From positions 453,731-517,730 of the forward strand of contig CAVUCU010000005.1 of NCBI GenBank assembly GCA_963740085.1: 64,000 nt of DNA, in the 5' to 3' direction. Position 1 is the stretch's first letter; every line of letters starts with the position of its first letter. Positions 1 to 9,823 of the stretch are shown in pieces. The position numbers and the translations under genes are program-made. Below the pieces are notes generated by a model. That model was not told the DNA's origin, did not search any database, and saw nothing but the letters and a program-made list of their open reading frames with translations. The DNA is from Nitrospirota bacterium. Its GTDB lineage: Bacteria; Nitrospirota; UBA9217.

Positions 1-661
1 AGTCAGTGCAGAATATCTTCTTCTCCGGCACCGGATGATGGTTCGGCAGCAGGAAAGCGGCTTTAATATCCTCGTGGCACTTCTCGCACATTGCAGCCGT
101 GTCCCTGAGCTTCACCTTCAGGTTGTGGCTCCCGTGGATCTTATGACAATCGGAACAAGACACCTCGGCCAATGAGTGCGTGCTTGCGTTCCAGTTGTGC
201 AGGTTAAAGGTTGCGTTTGCTGAGTGGCATTTAAGGCAGATGAGCGACTTGGCCTGCGCCGGCAGCGTATTCAAGTCAAGGAATGTCTTGAAGTCGCACG
301 CGGTCTTCTTGCCGGCCGCCGCATCGGCTGCGATCCTCTCGGGCGTCAGCGGCTGTACGGCGAGGCTCCCCGGGCCGTGACAGCTCTCGCAATTCACGAG
401 CGGCAGGCCGGACTCTCTCGACAGCTGCGCACCCATGGTCGAGAGATCGAAATCCCGCCTGATCTTGTCGTGGACATGGCAGGCCTTGAGGCAGTTGTCC
501 GTGCCGATATAGTCCGCGTCCAGCCGCCCGGCTATCATCTTTTCGTACTCTTTCATCGGCAGGATCGGCCTCGATTCCTTGAGCGCCGCACACCCCACTG
601 CAAAGAAGGCCCCGAGCATTCCAATTGCCAGCCATTTTTTCCATTTCTCGAATTGTTCCAT
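1..661 (-). CDS. Multiheme c-type cytochrome lipoprotein (DmsE/MtrA-like), 3' end runs off the window
   Basis: Not in the ORF track. Manual translation from ATG 661 (GGAGG upstream): MEQFEKWKKWLAIGMLGAFFAVGC (lipobox), then CLKACH, CESCH, CLKCH, CSDCH, CEKCH and a truncated CTD at the edge. Confidence 0.9.
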   Translation of the reverse strand, partial: MEQFEKWKKWLAIGMLGAFFAVGCAALKESRPILPMKEYEKMIAGRLDADYIGTDNCLKACHVHDKIRRDFDLSTMGAQLSRESGLPLVNCESCHGPGSLAVQPLTPERIAADAAAGKKTACDFKTFLDLNTLPAQAKSLICLKCHSANATFNLHNWNASTHSLAEVSCSDCHKIHGSHNLKVKLRDTAAMCEKCHEDIKAAFLLPNHHPVPEKKIFCTD

Positions 662-691
662 GTATCTTAACCTCCATCGCTTCAGTGTGAG

Positions 692-2620
692 TTAGGGTCG
701 TTCCGCGGACGTGCCCGGGGCGCCGTACAATAAATAGCTTTTCGCACCTGTGCACCATGACGGGGGTGAACTGTTGCAAAGGTTGGCGAGAGTACTGCCG
801 ACCGAATAGTTCATCTGCCCATCATCAAGCCAGTCAAGGGAATCATAGATGACCCTCTTCGCGTACCTGCTGTTATGGACATAGGCACCCGGCTCATGAT
901 GGAGGAGACTGAAGTTGAAGGTCGCGCCCATGGTGTGCTTGCCGCCCGAATTGCCCGATATGTCCATATCATTGAATATCAGCCAGTTATTGCTGGTGAA
1001 ATAAGGGTATGCGGCCGTAAAGGAATAACTGGGACTGCTCACGAGCAATTGGTTCTCGAGCGCCGCCATAGCAAAATCAAAATTATCCTTCTCATCCTGA
1101 ACAACAAGACCGAAATCGATGCTTGAGCCCGCATGGCATTTAAAGCAGACCTCGCTGGTTACTACGATGGTGCCCGTTAGATTGCTGATCGGCTGGAAAA
1201 GGTGATTGCCGGGCATGCCGGACCGGTCCATGTGGCATCCGATGCAGGGGCCCGTCGTGCCTGTCCCCGGTTGAACAGGCGTGCCGATTTGGCTGTGCAT
1301 ATAGGTAGCTGGGTCCGCGTAGTTCCTGCCGGCATATTCATAAGCCGTCCCCTGGAACATGGTTCCAGCCGCGGTCAAGTAATGGCCGTCAACATTGCTG
1401 TACTCGTAACTGCTGAAATTCACGGTCGCGGTCTGCCCGGTGTTCAATTGACCGATCGCTTTGCCACTGACGCGGCCGGTATGGCAGGTCATGCAGACAT
1501 TAGAAGCCCCGACGTCGGGATATTGAAAAGTTGCGACTGTATTTGGAGCGTTCCCGATTGTGTATGTCGCTTTGTATGCCCCGGGGTTCCTCAGCGTGCC
1601 GTGATTGTCACTATGGCATCCTTTGCATTCCAACATCTCGGGTTTAAAATTCAGATTGGGCGAGAGCGGCGGTGCGCTGCCGGTACTGATTGCCTCGGCC
1701 AGCGTCGCGTTCCCGGACTGCAGGGCATCGGCATAAGCCGCAAAGCCAGTAGTGGTGTGGCACCGCTGGCATGCGGTTCTTGAGCCTGAGGCACCATAGC
1801 AAGTCGTATCACATGACCAGTTATAATGAGCCCAGGCATTTTCGGCGGCAAGATCTGCATGTTTCGAATTTGCCCATTCTTTATTGATATCAGCCTTCTT
1901 GTGCGGATTATGGCAGTCCGTACAAACCGTTGCGTCCTCGAAATTCATGGCGTAGCCGGTTATCTTTCGCGCATTGGCAGAAAAGTCGCTCCCCCAAATG
2001 CCTGGCGTGGCAAAGTGGGTATCCGTTATCGTGTACTCGTTGCCCGTCGGCGTTACGCTACTCGCCGGATCATGGAGTGTCGCGACAGTTCCCGTTCCCG
2101 ACGAATCAAGCAACTGATGACAATTCGTGCACAGGATAAACTGGCCGGAAACTGTCGTCGAACCGATTGAAGCCGACGTGTACGTACCGGAAAGCAGCGA
2201 TATCGCTCCTGCCCCGCCGCCATTTGCGTGCAGGCTGCCGCCCCCGTGACAGGCTTCACACCCGATCACGGGACGGGGAACATTGCCGGTATAACCCGCG
2301 GTGAGGTTCATGCTATCCCCGTTCGGGTCATGACAGCCCGCGCATTCGGACGTAACCTGTGCGCTCGTCGGATACCCGGGACTGTACAGCGTCCCGCCGG
2401 GGCCGAGATTCGCGTGTTTGCTCGTAAGCCAATCGGCCGTCACCGCGGTATGACAGCCCGCACAGACATTGATGCCTGCCATGGTTGCCGAACTAAGCGG
2501 GACGGTTTCTGCCGGGGCTGTCGATTTTTTTTTCGAGTTGCCGCATCCGGCGAGCAGGGCAACCGCGAGGAACAGAACCGGCAGTGCCAATATGTTGTGG
2601 TGTCTTTTGTGATCCATCAT
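692..2620 (-). CDS. Outer-surface multiheme cytochrome c lipoprotein, 10 CxxCH (OmcB/OmcC-like)
   Basis: Lipobox LLAGC; ten CxxCH motifs counted; CQRCHTTTGF and C-terminal HEPGAYVHN..YDSLDWLDDG resemble Geobacter OmcB-type proteins; GGAGGTG RBS. Confidence 0.88.
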   Translation of the reverse strand: MMDHKRHHNILALPVLFLAVALLAGCGNSKKKSTAPAETVPLSSATMAGINVCAGCHTAVTADWLTSKHANLGPGGTLYSPGYPTSAQVTSECAGCHDPNGDSMNLTAGYTGNVPRPVIGCEACHGGGSLHANGGGAGAISLLSGTYTSASIGSTTVSGQFILCTNCHQLLDSSGTGTVATLHDPASSVTPTGNEYTITDTHFATPGIWGSDFSANARKITGYAMNFEDATVCTDCHNPHKKADINKEWANSKHADLAAENAWAHYNWSCDTTCYGASGSRTACQRCHTTTGFAAYADALQSGNATLAEAISTGSAPPLSPNLNFKPEMLECKGCHSDNHGTLRNPGAYKATYTIGNAPNTVATFQYPDVGASNVCMTCHTGRVSGKAIGQLNTGQTATVNFSSYEYSNVDGHYLTAAGTMFQGTAYEYAGRNYADPATYMHSQIGTPVQPGTGTTGPCIGCHMDRSGMPGNHLFQPISNLTGTIVVTSEVCFKCHAGSSIDFGLVVQDEKDNFDFAMAALENQLLVSSPSYSFTAAYPYFTSNNWLIFNDMDISGNSGGKHTMGATFNFSLLHHEPGAYVHNSRYAKRVIYDSLDWLDDGQMNYSVGSTLANLCNSSPPSWCTGAKSYLLYGAPGTSAERP

Positions 2621-2707
2621 CGTTTACACCTCCACTATTTAAATGCGGATATTGAATGTTCGGGAAAATACAGCCCGGTCCACAACCCGCATTCCGAAAT
2701 CCGAAAA

Positions 2708-3385
2708 TCACACGCCCAGGACCTTTTCCAGGTCCAGCAGGATATACAACCTGTCAGCTGTCCTCACGATGCCGCGCAGGAACTCCGCCCCCTGCTCGAT
2801 GTTTTCCGGCACCGGCTTGATCTCTTCGGAAAGAACCCTGAACACCCCCGTAACCCGGTCCACCAGGAGTCCCGCCTCTTCGTCAGCGGAACTGGCCACA
2901 ACGATCCTCGCTTTTTCGTCCTTCGTGGCCTGCGCAAGACCGAGCCGCTTGCAAAGGTCGATGACGGGCAGCACTGTTCCCCTGAGCGTCATGACACCGA
3001 GGATATAGTCAGGCGAATTAGGCACGATCGTCAAACGATAGTTCTTCAGGACCTCCCGCACATCCGCTACCAGAACGGCATATTCTTCGCCGCCAAGGCG
3101 GAACGAGAGCAGTTCGATCTCCTGCTGCGGCGTTTCTTCCCGATCGCGAGTGGAGGATGCGGGAACCTCCTCGGTCGCGTCGGGAGGCGCCTCACTCGCC
3201 GGGGCAGCGACTGCTGCAACCGGAGACCCGACGACTTCCACCGGCGCGCTGCCCGACTCGGGGGGAATTGGCGGCAATGTCTGTTCCGGCGCCGGCGGTG
3301 CTGCTGGCGTTTCTACTTCCTGTGCCGGCTTGACCGCTGCACCCGCCTGTTCGGCGGCCTTCTTTCGCGCTGCAAGAATATCCAT
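2708..3385 (-). CDS. cheW: Chemotaxis coupling protein CheW with Pro/Ala-rich N-terminal extension
   Basis: LLSFRLGGEEYAV..VPNSPDYILGVMTLRGTVLPVIDL..GLLVDRV. Start moved to ATG 3385 (AGGAG upstream). Confidence 0.92.
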   Translation of the reverse strand: MDILAARKKAAEQAGAAVKPAQEVETPAAPPAPEQTLPPIPPESGSAPVEVVGSPVAAVAAPASEAPPDATEEVPASSTRDREETPQQEIELLSFRLGGEEYAVLVADVREVLKNYRLTIVPNSPDYILGVMTLRGTVLPVIDLCKRLGLAQATKDEKARIVVASSADEEAGLLVDRVTGVFRVLSEEIKPVPENIEQGAEFLRGIVRTADRLYILLDLEKVLGV

Positions 3386-3505
3386 GTCGCGTTCGCTCCT
3401 ACTTAGTATCCACGACAGACGACGAAGGACCGTTCGTCCTGCTCGCCGAGACAATGGACGCCTTTTCGTCTGCCGTCCGTCGTCCCTCGCCTGTCGTACC
3501 TTCCA

Positions 3506-4303
3506 TTAAACCCCATCGTGAACCACGCTCTCTATGATCTCCGGACCGATGATCTCGGCCGACCGCCCGAATCCTTCTACCAGTGCGTTGCCCGCGATGG
3601 TATTGATTCGGCGGGGAATGCCTTCTGAGTGTTCGAACAGGAGCGCCAGCGCCTCATCATCGAACAGCGGCTCCGACCTGCCGGCAACCTCGAGCCGGTG
3701 CCGGACATAGGCCTGAACCTCTTCGGCGTTCAACGGACCCAGATGATACTGCATCCCGATGCGCTGGCGGAGCGCCCGGTACGGCTTCCTGCTGAGACGC
3801 TCCCGGAGTTCGGTCTGGCCGATCAGCACAAGGGCCAGGAGATTGCGATCGTCGAGCTGAAAGTTCGTCAGGAGCCTCAGCTCCTCGAACGTGGTCGTTC
3901 CCGGGATGAGCTGCGCCTCGTCTATGATGATCACCGGCTGTCTTCCCGCCTCGTACAGTTCATAGAGCTTCGCATTAATTCCCTCGAGAATGTCGTGCCG
4001 GTACCGGCCCGCTTCATCCATGCCGAGGCGCAATGCCACTGTGCGCAGGAGCTGCGACGGGGACAGCCGGGGGTTGATAATGAGTAGCGGGTGATAGCTC
4101 TCATCCAGCGAATCGATGAAGGCGCGGGAGAGCGTGGTCTTGCCCGATCCGATCTCGCCGGTGAGCATGACAAAGTCCTGCTCCTCCACGGCGTGCAGAA
4201 GCCGAGCGAGTGCCTCCGCGTGCTTTGGACTGTGATAGAGGAACCGCGGGTCCGGCGTTTTATTAAAAGGTCTCTCCCTCAGTTTATAAAATTCTTTATA
4301 CAT
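3506..4303 (-). CDS. ExeA/GspA-family AAA+ ATPase
   Basis: PFNKTPDPRFLY, Walker A GEIGSGKT, Walker B IIIDEAQ, LIGQTEL, GIPRRIN. Confidence 0.9.
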   Translation of the reverse strand: MYKEFYKLRERPFNKTPDPRFLYHSPKHAEALARLLHAVEEQDFVMLTGEIGSGKTTLSRAFIDSLDESYHPLLIINPRLSPSQLLRTVALRLGMDEAGRYRHDILEGINAKLYELYEAGRQPVIIIDEAQLIPGTTTFEELRLLTNFQLDDRNLLALVLIGQTELRERLSRKPYRALRQRIGMQYHLGPLNAEEVQAYVRHRLEVAGRSEPLFDDEALALLFEHSEGIPRRINTIAGNALVEGFGRSAEIIGPEIIESVVHDGV

Positions 4304-4392
4304 GCATTTTCAGAAGACCGCGGTCAGATGACCGGTTAAGGCCAACATGACCGATCTGGCCTGTCTCCTGATTCCCGTCTCCTGTCTTCCGA

Positions 4393-6390
4393 CTATTGCT
4401 TACCGACGACTACTCTTTTCAACGCCCCGTCAACGAGGGATTCCACATCAATAACGAGCACGACACCCCGTCGGTCCCCCAGTTCGGTGGCCCCGGCTAT
4501 GCCCAGCGTCTCCGAGAACCTCTTCCCGAGCGGCTTGATAACGATCTCCTGCTGGTCCTTGAGACGATCAACGATGATGCCGAGCCTCCGTTCGGCGATG
4601 CCTACGAGAATGACATAGAAAGCATCGCTCCCGTGCTTCGCGTCGAGGTTGAATGCCCGGCTAAGACGCAAAAGAGGAATCGTGTCCTCTCGCACAGCCA
4701 TAACCTCTCTTCCCTCGATGGTCTCCACCTGGTCTTCGGTTGCCTGCAGGATCTCGAGCACCGAGCTGAGCGGGACAGCGAAAACCTCCCCACCCGTTTC
4801 GATGACGAGCGCCTTGATGATTGCGAGCGTGATGGGAAGCGTCAGAGCAAAGACACTGCCCACTCCAGGCTCTGTATGGATATCGATCATGCCGGAGAGC
4901 CTGGAAACATTCCGCTTCACGACATCCATTCCCACGCCGCGGCCCGAAATCTCGGTCACCGTCTTGTTGGTGGTGAAACCGGGAAGAAAGATGAGATCGA
5001 GGATCTCCTTGCGGTCGCGCTCGAGGTCAAGACCGTGATCGGAGGGGAGTACGCCTTTTTCAACGGCCGTGTTCAGTATCTGCGACGGGTCCATCCCTGC
5101 TCCATCGTCCTCGATCGTGATGACCACATGATTGCCCCGGGGGAATGCCGTCAGGTTCACTCTTCCCTGTTCCGGCTTGCCGAGCTGCCTCCGGATGTCA
5201 GGGGCTTCAATGCCATGATCGATCGCATTCCTGATAAGGTGCAGGAGCGGGTCCGCAAGGTCTTCGATCATGATCTTGTCAAGTTCTGTTTCTTCGCCCT
5301 GAAGCTTCAAGTCGATCTCTTTCCCTGCGTCCCGCGCATATTTTCTGACCACCTGCGCCAGCCGCGTAAAGATCTGGCCGATCGGGACCATCCTGACCTC
5401 AAGGATGCCCTCCTGGAGTTCGTTCAGCTTCCGTTCAAGGCTGCGCTGCGCCTTGTGCAGGTCCGCGGAAATACCGGCGAAGCCTTGCATGGCGCGAAGT
5501 TCCTTCGTGATCCGGCCGATGATGTTCTTGACCAGATGCATCTCTCCCACGACATTCATAAGGCTGTCGAGCCTGTAGATGTCCACTCTGACGGTGTTAC
5601 TTACGGACTTGAGCCCCGCCGTGTCTGTCTTACGCTCCTCGGTCCTTCGCTCTTCTATATAGGCAATCTTCTCGATAGTCACATTCGGCAGAGAGACTAC
5701 CGATGCGAGCGACCCCGCATCCTCGGTCGTACCGACAACAATGCTGAAACCTATCCCGTTCCCTCCGCCCGCCGTCGGCAGGGTGCAAATGATTTCGCCG
5801 TATTTCTTGAGTGTGGTATTGAGATCTTTGATCGCCGTCTCAAAAGTGGCGAAGTCGAACTGGGCCTTTAAGATGAACAGGTTCTTCCGCTCCCTGATGC
5901 ATTCCTTGAGCCGGTGCTCTTCATACTCGGTGAGGACCTGCAGAATACCCTTATCGAGACCGATCTGCTCGCCAATCGGTCGTCCGGACCCGGCGGACGG
6001 CTTTGCGTTCAGTATGCCGTCAATACCGGCAAGGGCGGCCGCAATGTCCTCAAAGGGATGATCGGTCCCGGCCTGCTGCACCAGCCTGCCGAGCAGAGCT
6101 ACGGTCTCGAGCACAACGTCAAGGACCTGCCGGCTGAGACCAACCTTGCCGAGCCGAAGCCCGTCGAGGAGAAATTCCAGCTTATGAGAGAGCTCCGACG
6201 GTTCCTTGAGACCGAACATGCCAGCGAGCCCCTTGAAGGAATGGATTGCCCGGAACAGGGCATTCACCTGATCAGGATCGATGCGGCCCGAGGCCTGTCC
6301 GGTTTCAAGCGACAGCAGCGTCTGGTTCGCCGACTCCAGGATGTCCTCTGCCTCCGCGAGAAAGTCTTTTATGGGCCTGTCTGTCTTCAT
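4393..6390 (-). CDS. cheA: Chemotaxis histidine kinase CheA
   Basis: HPt FRAIHSFKG, dimerisation VRVDIYRLD, HLIRNAIDHGIE, GRGVGMDVV, C-terminal CheW domain. Alternative start at 6405. Confidence 0.95.
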   Translation of the reverse strand: MKTDRPIKDFLAEAEDILESANQTLLSLETGQASGRIDPDQVNALFRAIHSFKGLAGMFGLKEPSELSHKLEFLLDGLRLGKVGLSRQVLDVVLETVALLGRLVQQAGTDHPFEDIAAALAGIDGILNAKPSAGSGRPIGEQIGLDKGILQVLTEYEEHRLKECIRERKNLFILKAQFDFATFETAIKDLNTTLKKYGEIICTLPTAGGGNGIGFSIVVGTTEDAGSLASVVSLPNVTIEKIAYIEERRTEERKTDTAGLKSVSNTVRVDIYRLDSLMNVVGEMHLVKNIIGRITKELRAMQGFAGISADLHKAQRSLERKLNELQEGILEVRMVPIGQIFTRLAQVVRKYARDAGKEIDLKLQGEETELDKIMIEDLADPLLHLIRNAIDHGIEAPDIRRQLGKPEQGRVNLTAFPRGNHVVITIEDDGAGMDPSQILNTAVEKGVLPSDHGLDLERDRKEILDLIFLPGFTTNKTVTEISGRGVGMDVVKRNVSRLSGMIDIHTEPGVGSVFALTLPITLAIIKALVIETGGEVFAVPLSSVLEILQATEDQVETIEGREVMAVREDTIPLLRLSRAFNLDAKHGSDAFYVILVGIAERRLGIIVDRLKDQQEIVIKPLGKRFSETLGIAGATELGDRRGVVLVIDVESLVDGALKRVVVGKQ

Positions 6391-6506
6391 GTCGCTGCGC
6401 TCCATTGAAAATTGGAAATTGGAAAAGGTAAATTGAACATTATAAAACTGCAGCAGTCCAAACGGATTTTCAATTTATCTCTTCGCAATCTTCAATTCAT
6501 TCCAAT

Positions 6507-6893
6507 TCAGCGCGCACCACGCGCCGCTGCCTCAAGTACCTTTGTGACCATGGCCATCAGCTCTTCTTTTCTGAATGGCTTCACTACATAGCCCGAGGCG
6601 CCGAGGGTGATCCCGCGCTTTTTGTCCTCTTCGCTCTTTTCAGTGCTCACGATGATAAGCGGAATATCCTGGTAGGCGGGGTTGGACTTCACGTAGCCGA
6701 TAAGCTCCAGGCCATTGATGTCCGGCATATTGATGTCGGTGATGATGAGGTCGAACCGCCGCGTGGGAAGCGTCTTGAGCGCCTCAAAGCCGTTGCCGGC
6801 TTCCACTGCGAAAAAACCGCCCGCTTCCTCGAGCGAGACCCGAATCATCGAGCGAATGGCCCTGGAATCCTCGACAACAAGGACGTTCTTCAT
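6507..6893 (-). CDS. cheY: Single-domain response regulator CheY
   Basis: VLVVEDS..LIITDINMPDINGLEL..YVVKPF; adjacent to cheA. Confidence 0.9.
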   Translation of the reverse strand: MKNVLVVEDSRAIRSMIRVSLEEAGGFFAVEAGNGFEALKTLPTRRFDLIITDINMPDINGLELIGYVKSNPAYQDIPLIIVSTEKSEEDKKRGITLGASGYVVKPFRKEELMAMVTKVLEAAARGAR

Positions 6894-8092
6894 CTTTGCC
6901 CCTTTTGAAGTTCGGCTATTCTCTTTTCAAGCAGCGCTTTTTCCAGCGCCATGCCCGCCTGGTTCATGAAAATTTCGAGCGTATCCATCCCCCTGACGGG
7001 CCTCCGCTCGGGCAGGTTGTCGCCATAGACGACCAGCGCCACCTTGCCGTCCACGACCAGCGGGATGGCAATGACCGCATCGGGCATCGCGCCGCCGAGT
7101 TCGTTCACGAGATAGGTGTGGCTCGGGTTCGATTCGAGGGCGCCAAGATAGCTGCGCCGGCTTTCTATCACGCTAAGAAACACAGAGGGTTGGTTCAGCG
7201 GGATCTTGATATTGCGGACAACCTGATCCGCGGATTTCCCCTTGAGCTCGATGCCGAACTGACCGAGACCGCGAACTTCTTCCTTTTTTACCATGAACAG
7301 GACCGCGCGGTTCACCACTTCGCTTGCGTACCGCAAGATCAGAAGCGTCACCTCGGCCGTAGCGGTCGGGAACCTGAGTTCGTCGAACATGGACTTGAGC
7401 GCGGTGATATCCTTGCGAGGCCCCTCTTTTTCTATTCGAGCCCGGAACTCCTCTTTGGCAGGTTCATAGCTGGCATGGGATGGAGCGGCTTTCGGTGCAG
7501 CAGTGGGCGCGGCAGGTGAAGGTGAAGCAGGCTCGGGGGCAGAGGCGGGGACGGGATGGGCGGCTGCCGGTCTTTTCTCATCCTTCCGACGCTCGTCGAG
7601 GATCCGCGTGCCCTCCATGAGAAGGTATTCGGCGTTGATACCGGATTTGAGAAGGAATTCCTGGGTGTCGATCTCGATCGTATCCTTGGGAACGATCTCA
7701 CCGAGTTCGAAGTTGAAGAACCCCCCTTCCCAGTCGAGCAGGTCGTAAACGATCTCTTCGATCTGTTTGCGGATGACGCTCTGAAGCGTCTGCGCAGCCA
7801 CCGCCCCCATGTCCGTGAGGATCATGCCGAGCGGTTTGTCGGGCTCCCGCTTCTGGAACGCCAGGGCCTTGGACAGCGCTGCTTCGTCCAGCATGCCCTG
7901 GGAAACCAGGATATTGCCGAGCGAGTCGCGAATGCTGTCGCTCGCGGCCTGGATCACCTGGCCGTCCTTAAAGACAACCATTCCCGTACCCCTGCGGCTT
8001 CGTACGACGAGGGTTCCGGTTTTCTTGCTCAGACTGATGATCTGGAAGATGTCGGGTAGTGCAAGGTCTTCCAGCCTGCCGACAAGACTCAT
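6890..8092 (-). CDS. DUF4388 (PATAN-like) domain protein with C-terminal GAF-like domain
   Basis: MSLVGRLEDLALPDIFQIISLSKKTGTL N-terminus, Pro-rich linker, AIPLVVDGKVALVVYGDN; overlaps the cheY start. Confidence 0.75.
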   Translation of the reverse strand: MSLVGRLEDLALPDIFQIISLSKKTGTLVVRSRRGTGMVVFKDGQVIQAASDSIRDSLGNILVSQGMLDEAALSKALAFQKREPDKPLGMILTDMGAVAAQTLQSVIRKQIEEIVYDLLDWEGGFFNFELGEIVPKDTIEIDTQEFLLKSGINAEYLLMEGTRILDERRKDEKRPAAAHPVPASAPEPASPSPAAPTAAPKAAPSHASYEPAKEEFRARIEKEGPRKDITALKSMFDELRFPTATAEVTLLILRYASEVVNRAVLFMVKKEEVRGLGQFGIELKGKSADQVVRNIKIPLNQPSVFLSVIESRRSYLGALESNPSHTYLVNELGGAMPDAVIAIPLVVDGKVALVVYGDNLPERRPVRGMDTLEIFMNQAGMALEKALLEKRIAELQKGQR

Positions 8093-8457
8093 GAATTCTC
8101 CCGAAAAAATAAAACTTCGAAATTATATCAGTTTAAGCGAATAATGCAAGATTAATTCATCAGTTAGGACGAATGCATGCGATGTGAATAGATGCTTTGA
8201 TGGAAACAAACAACACGCAGTTTGTAACGCGATCGTGACCCGTTTACGAAAAATAGTTACCGCCAAGACCGGAAGATGTACGCAGAAAAAGCCTGACGGA
8301 AGCACGTGGGGATATTAGGATAGATGCTTAAGACTCACGCAAAACTGTCGTCCTTTTTTCTTCATCCCTCATCGTTATCATCCGCTGCCATTTATTCGGC
8401 ACCTGTATGGAAACGCCGCTTGATCGGGCCTTCCACGCATGTGCTTCGCTTCGGGGG

Positions 8458-8955
8458 TTACGTGCTTCGGTAGTTTTCGAACTGGAGCTCGACGCCAAAG
8501 TCTTTTCCCTTCAGGAGCTGGATGACCGTTTGGAGATTGTCCCTGTCCTTGCCTGAAACGCGCACCTGGTCAGACTGGATTGACGCCTGCACTTTGATCT
8601 TGGAGTCCTTGATCGCCTTCACAATCTCCTTGGCCTTGTCCGTGGGAATTCCCTGCTGCAGCGTCAGCCGCTGGCGCACCGTGCCCGAGAGGGCTGCCTC
8701 CACCTTGCCGTAGGACAGGTTTTTAACGGGCACTCCGCGCTTGACGAGTTTGCCTTGCAGGATATCGATCACGCTTTTGAGCTTAAACTCGTCATCGGAC
8801 ACGATCACGAGTGCGTCCTTTTCCTGCGTTATGTTGGACTTGCTCCCCTTAAAGTCGAACCGCTGTGCGATCTCCTTCAGTGCCTGGGTTACCGCGTTCG
8901 TCACCTCGGCCATGTCGATCTTCGAAACCACATCAAATGAGTTTTCTGCGGCCAT
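8458..8955 (-). CDS. yajQ: YajQ family nucleotide/c-di-GMP-binding protein
   Basis: [52 protein letters not shown]. Confidence 0.95.
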   Translation of the reverse strand: MAAENSFDVVSKIDMAEVTNAVTQALKEIAQRFDFKGSKSNITQEKDALVIVSDDEFKLKSVIDILQGKLVKRGVPVKNLSYGKVEAALSGTVRQRLTLQQGIPTDKAKEIVKAIKDSKIKVQASIQSDQVRVSGKDRDNLQTVIQLLKGKDFGVELQFENYRST

Positions 8956-9046
8956 GGCAAACCTCCTGTGAATAAGGAGTCAGGGGACAGAAGCCAGAAG
9001 AAAAACCAGCATGGCGTTCTCCTGACTCCCGACTCCTGGCTTCTGA

Positions 9047-9709
9047 CTACTGTTCTATAATCTCCGTCCCCTTCGGGGCATTAAAAACAAAGCGCTGATC
9101 GTCGACACCCGCGCCTTCCCGGATGTCCGAAAAGGTTATCGTGGTCATGTTCCCCGATTTGTCGAATATCGTAATCTCCATGATCCGGCCGGCGTCATCG
9201 ACACGGAGGCGCATCTTCTTCATGGCCGCCCCCGGTTTCCTGGGCAAAAGCTCAAGGTCGCGCGGCTTCTTCGGGTCCGCCTCCAGCACGTCGAAGTCGT
9301 CACGGATGCGGGCAGCGCCGAGCAGGAAAGCCACGGGGATGTTCATGTGCTCGAAATCCGTGAAGGTCTTCTTGATCACCTGCTCGCTCTTCTTTGAATA
9401 GAACAGCGCGGCCTTTCCGTCGATGAGAATAAGCTGTCCGTTTGAAAACTCGAGCCGGAGCTTGCCCGGCTTCTTGATGAACAGCTTCCCCTCGTACTTC
9501 TGCGTTTTGCCGATGGACTTGAGATCGTTTTTCTGAATGACCTTCGCCGTGAGGTCGTTAAGATCCCGGTAATGGTTCTCGACAGAGGCGATCGTGTCCT
9601 GCAGGGTCTGGGCGTATGCAGGCTTGACCACAACGGATGCAGTGAACAGCAGAAAAAGAGCAGCCGACACGAGACAGGATCTTCTGCAATGCAGGTAAAA
9701 ATTTATCAT
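9047..9709 (-). CDS. lolA: Outer-membrane lipoprotein carrier LolA
   Basis: Signal peptide, GKLFIKKPGKLRLEF, C-terminal FVFNAPKGTEII. Confidence 0.85.
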   Translation of the reverse strand: MINFYLHCRRSCLVSAALFLLFTASVVVKPAYAQTLQDTIASVENHYRDLNDLTAKVIQKNDLKSIGKTQKYEGKLFIKKPGKLRLEFSNGQLILIDGKAALFYSKKSEQVIKKTFTDFEHMNIPVAFLLGAARIRDDFDVLEADPKKPRDLELLPRKPGAAMKKMRLRVDDAGRIMEITIFDKSGNMTTITFSDIREGAGVDDQRFVFNAPKGTEIIEQ

Positions 9710-9823
9710 ATCGTCCTCCCGACTGAAGCATCATACCATAAATGATACGGGCTGAGAAGATGGAAAATGGTCTTCATCTTCAAATCTTGACAACGCTGTT
9801 TTCCAGGATTATCATGGGACTCC

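Noticed and set aside
276-779. 167-aa minus-strand ORF in the track
   Set aside because: Wrong frame; the cytochrome frame starting at 661 carries the RBS, lipobox and heme motifs.
1796-1813. Eleventh heme site (CDTTCY) in the large cytochrome
   Set aside because: Lacks the axial His; more likely a disulfide loop.
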